This document shows, in pieces, positions 53,201-62,400 of a stretch of 64,000 nucleotides of DNA. Below the pieces are notes generated by a model. It was not told where the DNA came from, ran no database searches, and worked only from the letters and a program-made list of their open reading frames with translations. The stretch spans positions 1 through 64,000 of IMG/VR virus record IMGVR_UViG_3300025815_000010; one strand, given 5' to 3'. Source of the stretch: a virus. A program made the position numbers and the translations under genes. Position 1 is the stretch's first letter. Each line of letters starts with the position of its first letter.

Positions 53201-55701
53201 GTACTACTTTGCGCTGCTGATCCGGTAATGCTAAATTCATTCTTGACAACTCCAAGTTCAACATTTACACCATAAAGCTCAAGAATTATATCTGACTCCC
53301 CCGAAGTACCAGAAGATCCCGATACCTTCTCTGCGGATTCTTTTTTATCGAGGTAAGTCCTTATGGCAAGGTTCCACTTCGTATCATCATAAATATTTTC
53401 ATACACACTACTTGTGACGAATATTGATTGTGAAGGGTTCTCCATAACAAAATAAGCGTCGTTAGAGCCGGGATACGTTCTGACCGCATACACCTGCAAG
53501 CTTCTGTCTGCTGCTGCAGAATAGCCAGAGTAATCCTGCAGGTCTTTAGAAGTGTTAACGCGGTGATAACCAAAAATAGAAGAACTTAAGAAATTTGTTG
53601 AGAAATAGTTTGCATCACTAGGGCTAAACTTCTTTGGGAAGATAACTTCAATCTCGGCAGTTGAGGGATTTGAAGAGCACGAAATATACGTCACATCTAA
53701 AGTGTTTGCGTTTGCACTTGAAGTTTGATGAGTAACCGTAGCCTCAAAGCGATCTGGATGATTGAAGTCAGCAAATCTTCTTTTTGTGATAGAGCTTCTA
53801 AAGTTGTCCCGCAGCTTATGTGTGACATTGTTGCCATAAAGGTTAATCTTGATCAATTCATCGTCAACACCATAACAACGAATGATGTTTCTGAATGACT
53901 TTTCTGTCCCCTTCGACTTGTAAATGTAAACTAGGTTGTTGTATATGTTCTGATATATTAAGTTTTTTACTTCTGTGATGTCTTTCTCATAGAGTTCAGT
54001 TTCACTCTGATCCTTGAACTGCTCTAAGACAGTAGCATCAACAAAGATCTCTGGTGCAAAAAGGCCATTTGATTCCAGTAGACGCCCAGAGAATGGATAG
54101 GGCCTGTGACTAGAGCTTGCATAACTAATATTCTTTAACTTTGGCACCTCAGAAATTTGTGAGTGTAGGGTGTCAAAGTAGCTACCGATGATCTGCGTTA
54201 AGTTTAATAACTCGCCACCTTCCTCTTCTTCCTGCTCAATTATCCAAGATGGCATAGTGTAATATATCGATGAATTATTTTGGTAATCATACGCAGAGCC
54301 ACTAAGAGATAGAGCACTTCTCTTCGAAGTCACGTCTGGGTGGTTTGAATGAATGATGGGGTCTTCAACTTCCCTATCAGCAGCACTGGCTGATACTATA
54401 GCAGATCCTGTGTTTCTGGCATTGCTGCTCGGATACCCAACCCAAGTTCCATTCGTTATACGACCAGAGTAGTCAAGTACGGTCGAATCGGTGGTGGTAT
54501 TGGTGGTGATGCCTTCATTAAATTTGAAATAAACGCCCAGTTCTGTATTAGAGATGTCGGTATTTGTCCCACCATCAACATGTCTAAAATAATTCTTGCT
54601 AATCTCCTCATGAGTTCTCTCAACTTTCCAATATCGGAATTCATCTAGGGATGCAGAAAGCTTTCCAGCACCAGCCAGGTCCGTACCATGGAAAGCATTT
54701 CCAGACGGTGCTGTAGTTAATCCGCCAATCCTAGCTCGTAAAGCACCAGTAATTGGTTGTAAGTTGAGAGAGTTAATTGAAGTATTAACCCTTTGTCCAT
54801 CAATGTAGGCGTTAAGAGTTACAGAGTCGCTACCACTTACAAAAGTAATTCCATAATGATGCCAGTTTCCATCAGCGACACTACCAGTTGTATAGTCTCC
54901 ATTTAACACATTAATATTCTGGAAACCTGTGGTGCCAGACATTATATTAATTCTTAATGGTCCTTCTCCACCCGTCGCTCCAGATAGGTGTACCGTAATT
55001 CTACCATAGGAATCACTACTCGACAACTCACCATTCCAAAGATCAAAAATTGTTTCTCGCTCTGTGAGACTGGTGATGAACTCATCTTTTTTCATCCAAA
55101 ATTCAATCGAAAATCCCTTAGACGTATCAAGTTCTAAGTTGGATCCTCTGCTGCCTTGCTTTCCAAGCGGCAAGACACCTTGTGTGTCATAGATGTCAGT
55201 GTCATAAATGTTTGAAGCGGAAAACTCAGAATGGATTGTTTTATTTTCCATCCCATTAGAGGCTGTGTGTGGTCCACCATAAAATTCAATATATTCTAAA
55301 TCTGCAGAAATACCCCAGCCATCTGTCTTACTTACTGTAGTCCCCCAACCGTCAGCAGAAAAGATAGCGTATCCAGTGCTTTTTGGATACTCTTGGTCGT
55401 AAATGTATAAGTCTAGATATGATGAGCTATTAAAGAACTCCTGCTTCTCTGCGCTTGATCCGTCGTAAGGGAATTCATCTCTAATTCTATCAAATGCGCT
55501 CTCATAGTATTTCTTGGCTGACCCATATACGACAAAGTTAGAGGCAGATGAAAAATCAACATTTGGAATAAACCGATCTTTATCGACACTTTGCGCCTGT
55601 ATATTTCTGTAAGACTCCGCATCTAAACCAAGAGTAGCAGGATCTACGGATGAGAGTGTCTTATAAGATTTTCCTTTGTCGAAAAGATTCTTTGTGCTCA
55701 T
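47281..55701 (-). CDS. giant baseplate wedge/tail protein with LamG (concanavalin-like) domains
   Basis: 2806 aa; FSIEFWMK, DGNWHHYGI, LDEFRYW..ER, YFKFNEG (LamG); YFD.L...IY.NL..IYKSKGT..S.R.IIRCYG (wedge gp7/P2 gpI-like). Confidence 0.65.
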   Translation of the reverse strand: MSTKNLFDKGKSYKTLSSVDPATLGLDAESYRNIQAQSVDKDRFIPNVDFSSASNFVVYGSAKKYYESAFDRIRDEFPYDGSSAEKQEFFNSSSYLDLYIYDQEYPKSTGYAIFSADGWGTTVSKTDGWGISADLEYIEFYGGPHTASNGMENKTIHSEFSASNIYDTDIYDTQGVLPLGKQGSRGSNLELDTSKGFSIEFWMKKDEFITSLTERETIFDLWNGELSSSDSYGRITVHLSGATGGEGPLRINIMSGTTGFQNINVLNGDYTTGSVADGNWHHYGITFVSGSDSVTLNAYIDGQRVNTSINSLNLQPITGALRARIGGLTTAPSGNAFHGTDLAGAGKLSASLDEFRYWKVERTHEEISKNYFRHVDGGTNTDISNTELGVYFKFNEGITTNTTTDSTVLDYSGRITNGTWVGYPSSNARNTGSAIVSASAADREVEDPIIHSNHPDVTSKRSALSLSGSAYDYQNNSSIYYTMPSWIIEQEEEEGGELLNLTQIIGSYFDTLHSQISEVPKLKNISYASSSHRPYPFSGRLLESNGLFAPEIFVDATVLEQFKDQSETELYEKDITEVKNLIYQNIYNNLVYIYKSKGTEKSFRNIIRCYGVDDELIKINLYGNNVTHKLRDNFRSSITKRRFADFNHPDRFEATVTHQTSSANANTLDVTYISCSSNPSTAEIEVIFPKKFSPSDANYFSTNFLSSSIFGYHRVNTSKDLQDYSGYSAAADRSLQVYAVRTYPGSNDAYFVMENPSQSIFVTSSVYENIYDDTKWNLAIRTYLDKKESAEKVSGSSGTSGESDIILELYGVNVELGVVKNEFSITGSAAQSSTNNGYISNPRRYYFGAHRTNFTGSLINESDLKITSLRHWNTFLDNNEIISHAKNTNAHGVLRPYESAFVYDTDLEGSIIPRIETLALHWNLEDVSQSDSNGEFLVNDFSSGSIEKRDRYPGDFGQSVANQYTGRGFFFPASATGSIAVEYVQTAVQNPPEVITSYDMTNVLEFDDETFTRDSRTINHFFAIEKSMYQTISEEMLNMFSTIIGFNNLIGEPVNRYRQEYKDLRKLRSLFFENVENTPDLDKYVDFYRWIDSSLSIILRQFIPASANTSEDVRTMIESHVLERPKYHAKFPTIDLKARTPMTALEVSGKARGIFELVPEDIENWRHAHAPVSNLESENTVYWKYAEATHPVLSSSDDGVNQTRAAIIQSKVSDRARRRGTPVKISFEADSEDKISRFGTGRKIIHGGTNLPQTTRPGAFIDKYTENYGTVVTTATRESDSIKDIDDVIHPMHKKYFTYSAGNVFDGIKAQNYLPFRYLSGNLDTGYNTTFTDFQAVNIHSFESYHLGGEIPMQTPFTEKFVGGFSSRHQNISDGTDDASTRAESFYVNQSATALRFRGLDEAGQWPRATRPYSVFTRNVKVKRPVNIENLQITTGSETLGNYTNIREVVQVAGRASGDSQFVRNEGVAVSNITSSVITGIVDTEVQFLSSSAHMMTTRFSSPGGPDVAHGALDSATTQFSVYNALPYRNLLVRNPFRVLLSASSAQFGFKDGVSATEDDYSGVANYFKINRNTLNRIEYSNEFVGDLGTVATGSVRDNAFVTRPIPQSDLQYTWLTASYVSTEPGGTRASGRKMLGYAPANFEVSTSAGYVNAITFLSQSDIVSTTGIVVDTVGLNTVISEPISSSEQTLGYPLGTGMVSYLTNNFGSVSNIGNALNVILSHRGDNFGFNTWNQIRVGEHPVARNLRDTHIISTLSADKQTYSPGGRVLPAQRYGSYKQFRESPIISRYKPIVQMVGDYDIISTYGNNLSFFSSYELNERQHLSRNSSEAYNNTKRLYGEYGFAGLMYEETVYPSERNVYDNRIRQREGYEINFWHSDRDTRNDNKANKVSLGGRSLYSIWALDAKPTFTTYDVAGIKAENDATDPAGELQNFGTYTHHGTKTAITASALYSHKHYSATTSSVVAPSGIVISQTGSAAGTGGDIFGYIDIGNGNALWQTGELAGAIKNGSFVTGSSDRSNPAYNTYSDYANEIRYHGKDYSVVPEFRISDHMEYYVSTMAGDFLAENTASFDIFGATASSDFPTDSSYEQFYNVYSNSDFLRHFDIIDSDHRDVTTDREITLSCKALMKFLPYNGFYPAERTLQMATQFSSSYAQFVKVEGADSTYEQAKIRPFLEPVFAPGIVYNSVKSGIGVPYPVMTSSFEVQTLGDSYYAISGSGEALLRYIDFEAAVEPEKYLAGFQILDAAPHPSASMNLTASWNGQGDPLYRMMASNFFGECPEFFLPNGNMTTITSLPESDPGFGNAVSGTTYAMRVKMYRSMNTSRTFGSLGYEVPQDNPLQSDLRETFTMYSRPSAFYHPITGRNALAQTDHDGTLSQRMLDSHSGYNWAATPPYYHGQAWLDFAFTATETKKYRLEEILGAISAELSIRFDDNFTIGNNAGFYNPNLVAGKRPLRQNILNLDDVLITDGRARIKSVEYDPVTGQPTKISDDPTANHVAMVIQPKWETPMFNFADSPVDLESNLTMPTYGSESVPRGMWHQFGLPPDTPEKGIFLQATDIPSEWLAQHPNATTYYDGADTESLVDLLGISQDPRRLGEVAQAKEIKEAVVAIPFVQRGSSKAFFEIPDTIAQAMRAGKLPEDNSIADMYSKMQNYVFPPKFDFATNPSVRPIAMYIFEFSHTFDSDDLTHIWQNLPPKSIERVEEQQASISHKVLEDQLLNSSEVPDQLQWMVFKVKQKAVKNYFSKVASKSGDNLDDKRFKFEFEIAGKKRETEYSYNWPYDFFSMVELVKIDAKIDLIGSEQE

Positions 55702-57263
55702 TCTTCAACCCTAAACTTAAATACTTCCGGCTGCTCAACCCAATCATTATTTGAGTTGTTGAAATAGGTGAATCTAATCCCATACATATATCCAGCTTCT
55801 AGCATAGACATATCTAAATCAAAATAGTTACCAGAAAGGTCATAGCTCATTGCAGTGTGCAAATCGCTTCCTGTTCCATAAGGAATTACATCTAATTCAT
55901 CGACTACGCGATACACCTTATAAGACCCACTTTCAATTGGGTAGCTTTCTATCTCTGCAGAAGCCACGTTATAAATAGTAGGAGACCAATTCTTTTGTCT
56001 CGTATATACTCTAAACCTGGCTGTTTCTTTTCTGGAGTATTCTTGTTTAAGGTTTGTAATATTTGTCACATATTCATCAGAGGGAGCAATAGCATATGAA
56101 TCAAGAGTTTCTGGCTTTATGGTCCCTGTGTGGAATTGCACGGTAGCCGTCGTGGCATCTGCAATAGAATCACCGCCTTGGAACCACACATCGTACACGG
56201 TCTCTAAGGGGGTTGCAGCAGCAGTTAGGGCCACGCTGGCGGTGTAGATACCTGTAGAGTAGTAAGAGCCCGTCACGACCTTGTTACGGGCTGCGTCAGT
56301 AACGTGAACTCCATCGACCACAAGCTCAAGAGCACCACCAGATGGCGCAGAATCGTCTGACGAACCAGAGAAGAAGCTGACATAGATGTTGCCCGTACCA
56401 ACGCCAGGGATGTTTCTCAGTTGACCTCTAAAGTAGTTGTAGAGGTAAATCTTATTTAGATTTTCTTCGGCTGTTGCAAGTGAGCTTGAGTAAATAAAAT
56501 TACCTCGATTATCTAAATCTCTAGAATCCCAGCGTGCTTCAAGGACAGGACGCTTGAAAAAGAATTCTGAGCTTCTTGCAAAGAACTTTTTTGTATAAAA
56601 CGATCTTGGTTCAGATTCATGGCTAGAAGAAAGCATAACCCCAAGACCATAATTATTTTTTCTTCCAAGCGCACCGTTTCCAGTGTCATCCAGCCACTGC
56701 TCAATCAAAGTTGTCACATCAACTTCTAAGTCTTCAGTTCCATTGTCAAAAACCTGGGTAAAAGATGAAGAAAGGTCTGTGTCTGGGTTAACATAATCAC
56801 CACCCTGGGTTGTCCAAGCTGTTGCTGCTTTTCGATTAACCCAGTTAGAACCTGTTCCACCGACTGTTGAATCGGTGTACCCTTCCATGTCTAGGCCAAA
56901 CCCCTCTTCCCATTCACGAGTGCCCGTAGAGCCTGTGACTGCCTTTACTTCCATGGTATAATTTTTGGGTAAAGTCTGGCCATGTTTTGCATTATACATC
57001 TTGAGGTAAAAGCTAACACTTCCACTTGCAGGCACGTCACCAGCCGCTCTATCTGCAGCTATATCCGTCGTATCAAACTCAATCAAAACTCTAGAAAGCT
57101 CGGAGCTAAGGCCAGAAGAAGAAGACGCTTGGCCATAAATTGAAAATATTTCTAGTATGTCTGCCTGACCCATGTTAGAGCCAGTGCCCCTAGTTGTTAA
57201 GTTGGACTTAAAGGCATTTGTAATTGTATTGTCTTTTGATGCAAAGTATCTCTTGATTGCCAT
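55698..57263 (-). CDS. baseplate-associated protein with a DNRLRE-like domain
   Basis: KDNTI, SRVLIEFD, WEEG.G, W...GGD, DVT.LIEQW, NYG, RPVLEARW. Confidence 0.55.
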   Translation of the reverse strand: MAIKRYFASKDNTITNAFKSNLTTRGTGSNMGQADILEIFSIYGQASSSSGLSSELSRVLIEFDTTDIAADRAAGDVPASGSVSFYLKMYNAKHGQTLPKNYTMEVKAVTGSTGTREWEEGFGLDMEGYTDSTVGGTGSNWVNRKAATAWTTQGGDYVNPDTDLSSSFTQVFDNGTEDLEVDVTTLIEQWLDDTGNGALGRKNNYGLGVMLSSSHESEPRSFYTKKFFARSSEFFFKRPVLEARWDSRDLDNRGNFIYSSSLATAEENLNKIYLYNYFRGQLRNIPGVGTGNIYVSFFSGSSDDSAPSGGALELVVDGVHVTDAARNKVVTGSYYSTGIYTASVALTAAATPLETVYDVWFQGGDSIADATTATVQFHTGTIKPETLDSYAIAPSDEYVTNITNLKQEYSRKETARFRVYTRQKNWSPTIYNVASAEIESYPIESGSYKVYRVVDELDVIPYGTGSDLHTAMSYDLSGNYFDLDMSMLEAGYMYGIRFTYFNNSNNDWVEQPEVFKFRVEE

Positions 57264-59056
57264 TATGAAATTGCTCCCTTAATGTCTGTATCTGGGAATT
57301 TTATCTCTATAATTACATTCTGTGGAACTGAAACGTATCTACCATCTGCAGAAATAGCTTCATCGATATTAAATCTAACTGAAGAATAATTTGTTCCAAG
57401 CTTCCTAACTATGTTTACTCGTTTTGCATCAACAACACCCTTTACTTTGTTGAGTGCGCTGTATATGTTAGTTAGATACAATGGCTCCCCAATATAAGGA
57501 GTAACAGCAAACAAACTCTTAAGAGCCGTATTACAATCTGCAAGAACCTGGAATTTGTTTGATTCTTCATCTACGATTACTTCAAAATCAATGCCAATAT
57601 TTACAATCTTAGCATCCAGAATATCAATTGTATCGCTGATCATTTTATTTCTGTTTAGCCATACCTTTACGTTCTCTTTAATGGTCGTGTTGGTCTGCGT
57701 GAGTTTCCCTCTGGAGTCCTCAGAAATTAAATATAAATTTAGGTTTCTACGTAATGAATCAGGATCCCTAATCACTCTGCATCTCTTTACCGATCCAAAC
57801 CTTTCTGGCATAGAGTAAACTAGAGCTTCGTAGTCTAGCTGCGTGACCGCACGGTTCTGTGTCGCAAAGTGGTCAATTGTTCTTCTTCGTATCTCTTCAG
57901 AGGTCGGCAAGCGTGTGTCACCAGTAATAGCCTCGTCATTGTAAGCTTCAAAAGAAGAAATAATATCAGCAACCTTAGAATCAGATAACGACGCTCGATC
58001 AGAAAATTGAACAATTGGATTAACAACCTTGGTGACAGAACCAGCAGCTGCATTAACATTTGCAGCTGTGTTTGTTCTATAAGTAATTGTTAAAGTTGTA
58101 TTTGCTGGTGCAATGCCGAACTTATCAGTATTAAGTAATTTATAAGGGTCAAAAGACTTATCTGTTACGTAATCTCTTCCGTTAAGCTGCAGAACCACAT
58201 TCTTAGGCTCAGCCACAGAAGGCGCTCTGATCTCTGCTGGGCCTCCGTACCCAAACTGCAAAAATACAGAGTTTTGCTCTCGCTCAATAACAAATCTTCG
58301 TGGGACGATATAAGGTCTCAAAAGAGAAGGCACAGTGCTCTTGTTGTCTCCCTTGTTCACAACTTCTTTATAAACTGTATTTTGTGATAAGTGCTCGACT
58401 TCCAGATATTCATTCCCCTCAGAATCGACAACTGATACAATTTCAGATACATTATTGGAGTCAAGTTTTATTCTTCTAAACCTCTCAAATGATCCCACGT
58501 TTACAGATTCTACATTAAAAACACCTGACACGATCCTACCGTAAGATCTGACCGCATAGTAGGTTGGAAGCCCAGTCGCACTATCTGTCCTGGCTGCCAC
58601 AATCTCATTTGAAGGGTCATCGAAACGAACTTCTTCATCCAGCATGAATGTGTTTCCAGAAGTGGAGGAAAGCTGCGTTCCCTTGCTGAGCAGTGGTAGG
58701 TAAGCCGAATCTGGCCCCAAACCACTAGTGGAGGCTGGTACAATGACGTAAATTGCAACCGAACCATAAGAAGATGGATTAGCTTGGTATTTGTAACCCA
58801 TCTGCCTAGACAGCCTAATCACGTTGTTATATTCGATTGCAGAATCTAGGTAAGACTCATTAACTTGATAGTCCAAGTAGAAAGACAGTATATCGCCTAT
58901 ATAGGCTACTGTGTCTAACATTAAGGCACCGAAAGAAGCCTCGTTAAAATCTTTAAACGTATCTGGATAATACCTCTTGGCATGCTCTATCAGATCGTTC
59001 TTTATGCTATCAAATTCTCTACTTGTATACTTAATTGGAGTCTTACGTGCTGGCAT
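57263..59056 (-). CDS. baseplate wedge protein (T4 gp6 / P2 gpJ-like)
   Basis: YTSREFDSIK..LI, DFNEASFG..ML...AYIGD.LSFYLDYQ.NE..L..A, QNRAVT..DY. Confidence 0.9.
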   Translation of the reverse strand: MPARKTPIKYTSREFDSIKNDLIEHAKRYYPDTFKDFNEASFGALMLDTVAYIGDILSFYLDYQVNESYLDSAIEYNNVIRLSRQMGYKYQANPSSYGSVAIYVIVPASTSGLGPDSAYLPLLSKGTQLSSTSGNTFMLDEEVRFDDPSNEIVAARTDSATGLPTYYAVRSYGRIVSGVFNVESVNVGSFERFRRIKLDSNNVSEIVSVVDSEGNEYLEVEHLSQNTVYKEVVNKGDNKSTVPSLLRPYIVPRRFVIEREQNSVFLQFGYGGPAEIRAPSVAEPKNVVLQLNGRDYVTDKSFDPYKLLNTDKFGIAPANTTLTITYRTNTAANVNAAAGSVTKVVNPIVQFSDRASLSDSKVADIISSFEAYNDEAITGDTRLPTSEEIRRRTIDHFATQNRAVTQLDYEALVYSMPERFGSVKRCRVIRDPDSLRRNLNLYLISEDSRGKLTQTNTTIKENVKVWLNRNKMISDTIDILDAKIVNIGIDFEVIVDEESNKFQVLADCNTALKSLFAVTPYIGEPLYLTNIYSALNKVKGVVDAKRVNIVRKLGTNYSSVRFNIDEAISADGRYVSVPQNVIIEIKFPDTDIKGAIS

Positions 59057-59077
59057 TAAACTACTCCTGATCTCTAT

Positions 59078-59085
59078 TAAATAGT
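59078..59085 (-). promoter_or_regulatory. candidate late promoter motif ACTATTTA
   Basis: 21 nt upstream of the gp6-like start. Confidence 0.6.
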
Positions 59086-59093
59086 ATTGTTAT

Positions 59094-59477
59094 TTAATTT
59101 AATGGGATTTCTAGAGAATCGGCAACTGCTAATTTCTTTATGAGGTAAGAGATCCTTACACTAAGAAAGTTTTCAGATATATTTGTATTAGTTTCGGTAT
59201 TTCCAAAGCTAATTGCATCTATCTGGACATACGGCAAATACTTTTGTGTCTGCTCTCGGATTCTAGCTTCTATCTGTCCGTATGTGGCTGGCCCATTATT
59301 CTCAAACAAATAGGAACGAATACCAACTCCAAACTCTGGATCCATCATTCTTTCGCCTGGACTCGTTAAAATTAGATGCTTAAAGTTTTGTTTTGCTACT
59401 TCCTTCAAGCTTTTCGTCAAAGCGTAGCCATCATCTGGATCTAGGCTTAATGGTAGTTTCGGGGAAAACCCTGACAT
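59094..59477 (-). CDS. baseplate wedge subunit (T4 gp25 / GPW-like)
   Basis: KQN.K.LILT.PGER.MDPEFGVGI..YLFE, I..Q...YLPYV.I. Confidence 0.92.
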   Translation of the reverse strand: MSGFSPKLPLSLDPDDGYALTKSLKEVAKQNFKHLILTSPGERMMDPEFGVGIRSYLFENNGPATYGQIEARIREQTQKYLPYVQIDAISFGNTETNTNISENFLSVRISYLIKKLAVADSLEIPLN

Positions 59478-59479
59478 TG

Positions 59480-62400
59480 CTAGTCATCTCCATTTTTACA
59501 AGGGGCAGGTCTTAATGAACTCCACTGCCACCATTTGATTCCTGGGTTTAGGTCAGAATTAGAACCTAAATTGTCAACGTAAACCTCAGATGGACTCATG
59601 TAGTCTTTATCCCTGTAGTCATAACTAGTATAGCAAGCAGCTTCTAATGTCTGTCTAGCTACTAATTTTGTATTTTTGAAGGAGTTCTTCATTCCTTCGT
59701 TACCACGCCAAGTGTGCATCCCTCCATTTTTTCCTGCACCAATCCAGCGACCGCCACCTCTTTTCTTGTTGTTCGCCGTCGCAGCCCAACCATCTTCAAC
59801 TCTTGCAAGGGAAGGTACAAATGTGTTGACACAGTAAAGAGCTAGCAGATCCATGTACTTAGGTATCGGATAACAGTGCTCAAATAGAGTCTTATAAGCT
59901 GGCGTCTCTATCAGTAGGCATACTAGTCGCTGAAGATAGTCGTTGTAAAGCCCAGCCTCATATGCATCAGTTGTTAGCTGTATCTCAGCAGACGCTATTG
60001 GGATTGCGTTTTTGTATAGCGAATTGAAAGCTTTATGTGTGTATCCCGTTTCCTCTGAGACTCCAGCCAATGCGCTACCCATACTATCAGTAAGATTAGA
60101 AATTCTAGCTGCGCTTGGAATAAAGCTGATCCTTAATCCAAAATAAACTTCATCCTCCGCTAGTACCTCTCCAGTGTGGGCGATTTGAGCATCAAAAATA
60201 TTTGATACGAAACCAAACAGCTTAAAAGTATTTGCTGTGTCCGTAGAACCCTTGGAAATAAGATACCTTTCAAGTACAAAGGGAGTATTGGAATTTGATA
60301 TTAATATATCTGGACTGTCATATGGGTGTGTTGCACTAACTCCAGCAATAGAAGACTCAAAATAGGCAGCATTTGGTACATCATATGGTCCTGCTTCTGT
60401 CGTGCCTATAGCGCCTCGGATAATTGTGGGACTCTTCAAGATAATATCATTAACATCCTTGAAATTTGGACTCACACCCTCTGAGAAAATTTCTGTTGTC
60501 CTTGCGTATTCGTTACGGATATAGCGCCTAAGTATCGTCTTACAACGTGATATAATCGGAGATTCGACTGTTTCTGGTAAACCAGTAACTGCGTTTACTC
60601 CCACGGTACTTTGGAATATAGTGTCCCAATTCTGCTTCCTACGCTTAGCGAGTCTCCTCGCAGAGTTCAAGCCTGTAATCAACCCAGGGGGAACATATAC
60701 CCAGTTATCCTCAACGAATTGGTTGATAAAGTCTAGAGCTTCTTGCTCCTCTGGTGTAATATCTGTTATAAGTCCTAGATTGACTTTAATTCCAAAGTTC
60801 TGGACAACTTGCTCCAAGAATAACCACCAATAATCTTCATATTTTTCAACAAAGCGTTTGCCACGACCTGCGTCTTTCATGCCCTGTTCCATCTTGTCTA
60901 TTACGAATTCAGATAGCATCTCGCCATAGTTAAATTCTGACAGGGCTAGGTATTGCAAAACAGGGAGACCCTTCATTAGAACTTCAACAACATAGGTCCT
61001 TATTGTAGCATATATCGTGCCTTCGATTATGCCAAGAGAAGCTTTTGATAAGTGTCTATCGAAAGGTAACTCTCTCTCTGCACTTACACCCTTGACTTTG
61101 AGACCGGCTCTTTCGTCCATTGGGACTTTGGCGCTAAACTCAGAGCACACAGATTTCAATGATGAAAAGTCTGGGAATGTAACGACATCGCTACTATCTT
61201 CACATGGATTAAACTCAGGAATGATTTTTTGTGCTATTCTCAAATAACCTTTATTGTCGGGCTGCTTGAGGTAAAATGGCGGATTACCTTCAGAACCACC
61301 GTATCTCTCTACAGCTGCACCGATATCTCCATCAAATTCTTCTTCATGGAAATATTTTATAATTGGTGGTTTAGTCGCATCAAATCCATAAACAAACGGT
61401 GAGTTGTCACTTCCTTCCGCAGCAACTAGCTCTGCTAGGGCTTCTAGAATCCTCTGGCTTATTTTCTCAAACCCAATGACCATAGAGTCTTCAGCAGAAT
61501 CATACTCTACATCAAACTGAAGTGATCCAGCAGCATCGCCTCTGGGAGTATCTGGCTGCCCTAGATATTCATATACACTGTGTTCTACAAGTGCTTGGAA
61601 AGTTGAGTCTGGGCTAGATGAGCCACCAATGTAGTAATCACTTAATATATTACTCTTAAAGCCTGCGATAACATCGTCAACGGAAGACTTAATGTCAAAG
61701 TAACTTATCACTTCTTCATATGGGTCTCCGCCTTCATCTTTCCAGTTTTCATTCTTCATGTTTATTCTTAGCCTATGTCCATCCCATGAGTGCTGTTGTC
61801 CGTCAGGTGGGGTGGTCCAATAATCGAAACTAAAAGTAAATTGCATGGTATCTGGATTATCATAATCAAACCAGAATAAGTTAGTGGTGTATCCACTCCC
61901 TACATTGAAGGGGGTGCTTAAGTTAATTAAACTATCTTGCAAATGTCCTGCGACCTTGTCTGGTAAGCCGCCTAGTGCTGGGGCCTTACCAGAAATTTCG
62001 TCTCCATTAGAATTGTTACCTGTATTTTCTTCTGTTTCGCCGTCGCCTGTTGAAGATAAAGGGTTAAATAAGAATGGCAGCTTAAATATCTTTGTACCTT
62101 CTGTGAATTCTCTTGGCCCTGTTACCCAATTATTGTGGTCCTTAGGAGTATTTGCCCCATCTCCCCACTCGTCTCTCGGGGGATAAGCTCTGGTGCCACG
62201 AGAGCCATATATGTTTAGAACGGATGGCCCCAGGACAGAACTCTGGAACCCAAGGTGTTGTCTATAACCTCTGCCCCTAGAATCAGCCAGAACCATGTTT
62301 AAGAATCCTCTTTTACCAATAATATCCTCAGTAAAAGATAGAGACATTGCATCAAAAATACTGTTATAGATGTTATCTAAAGCAATTGTCTCCATTGGCA

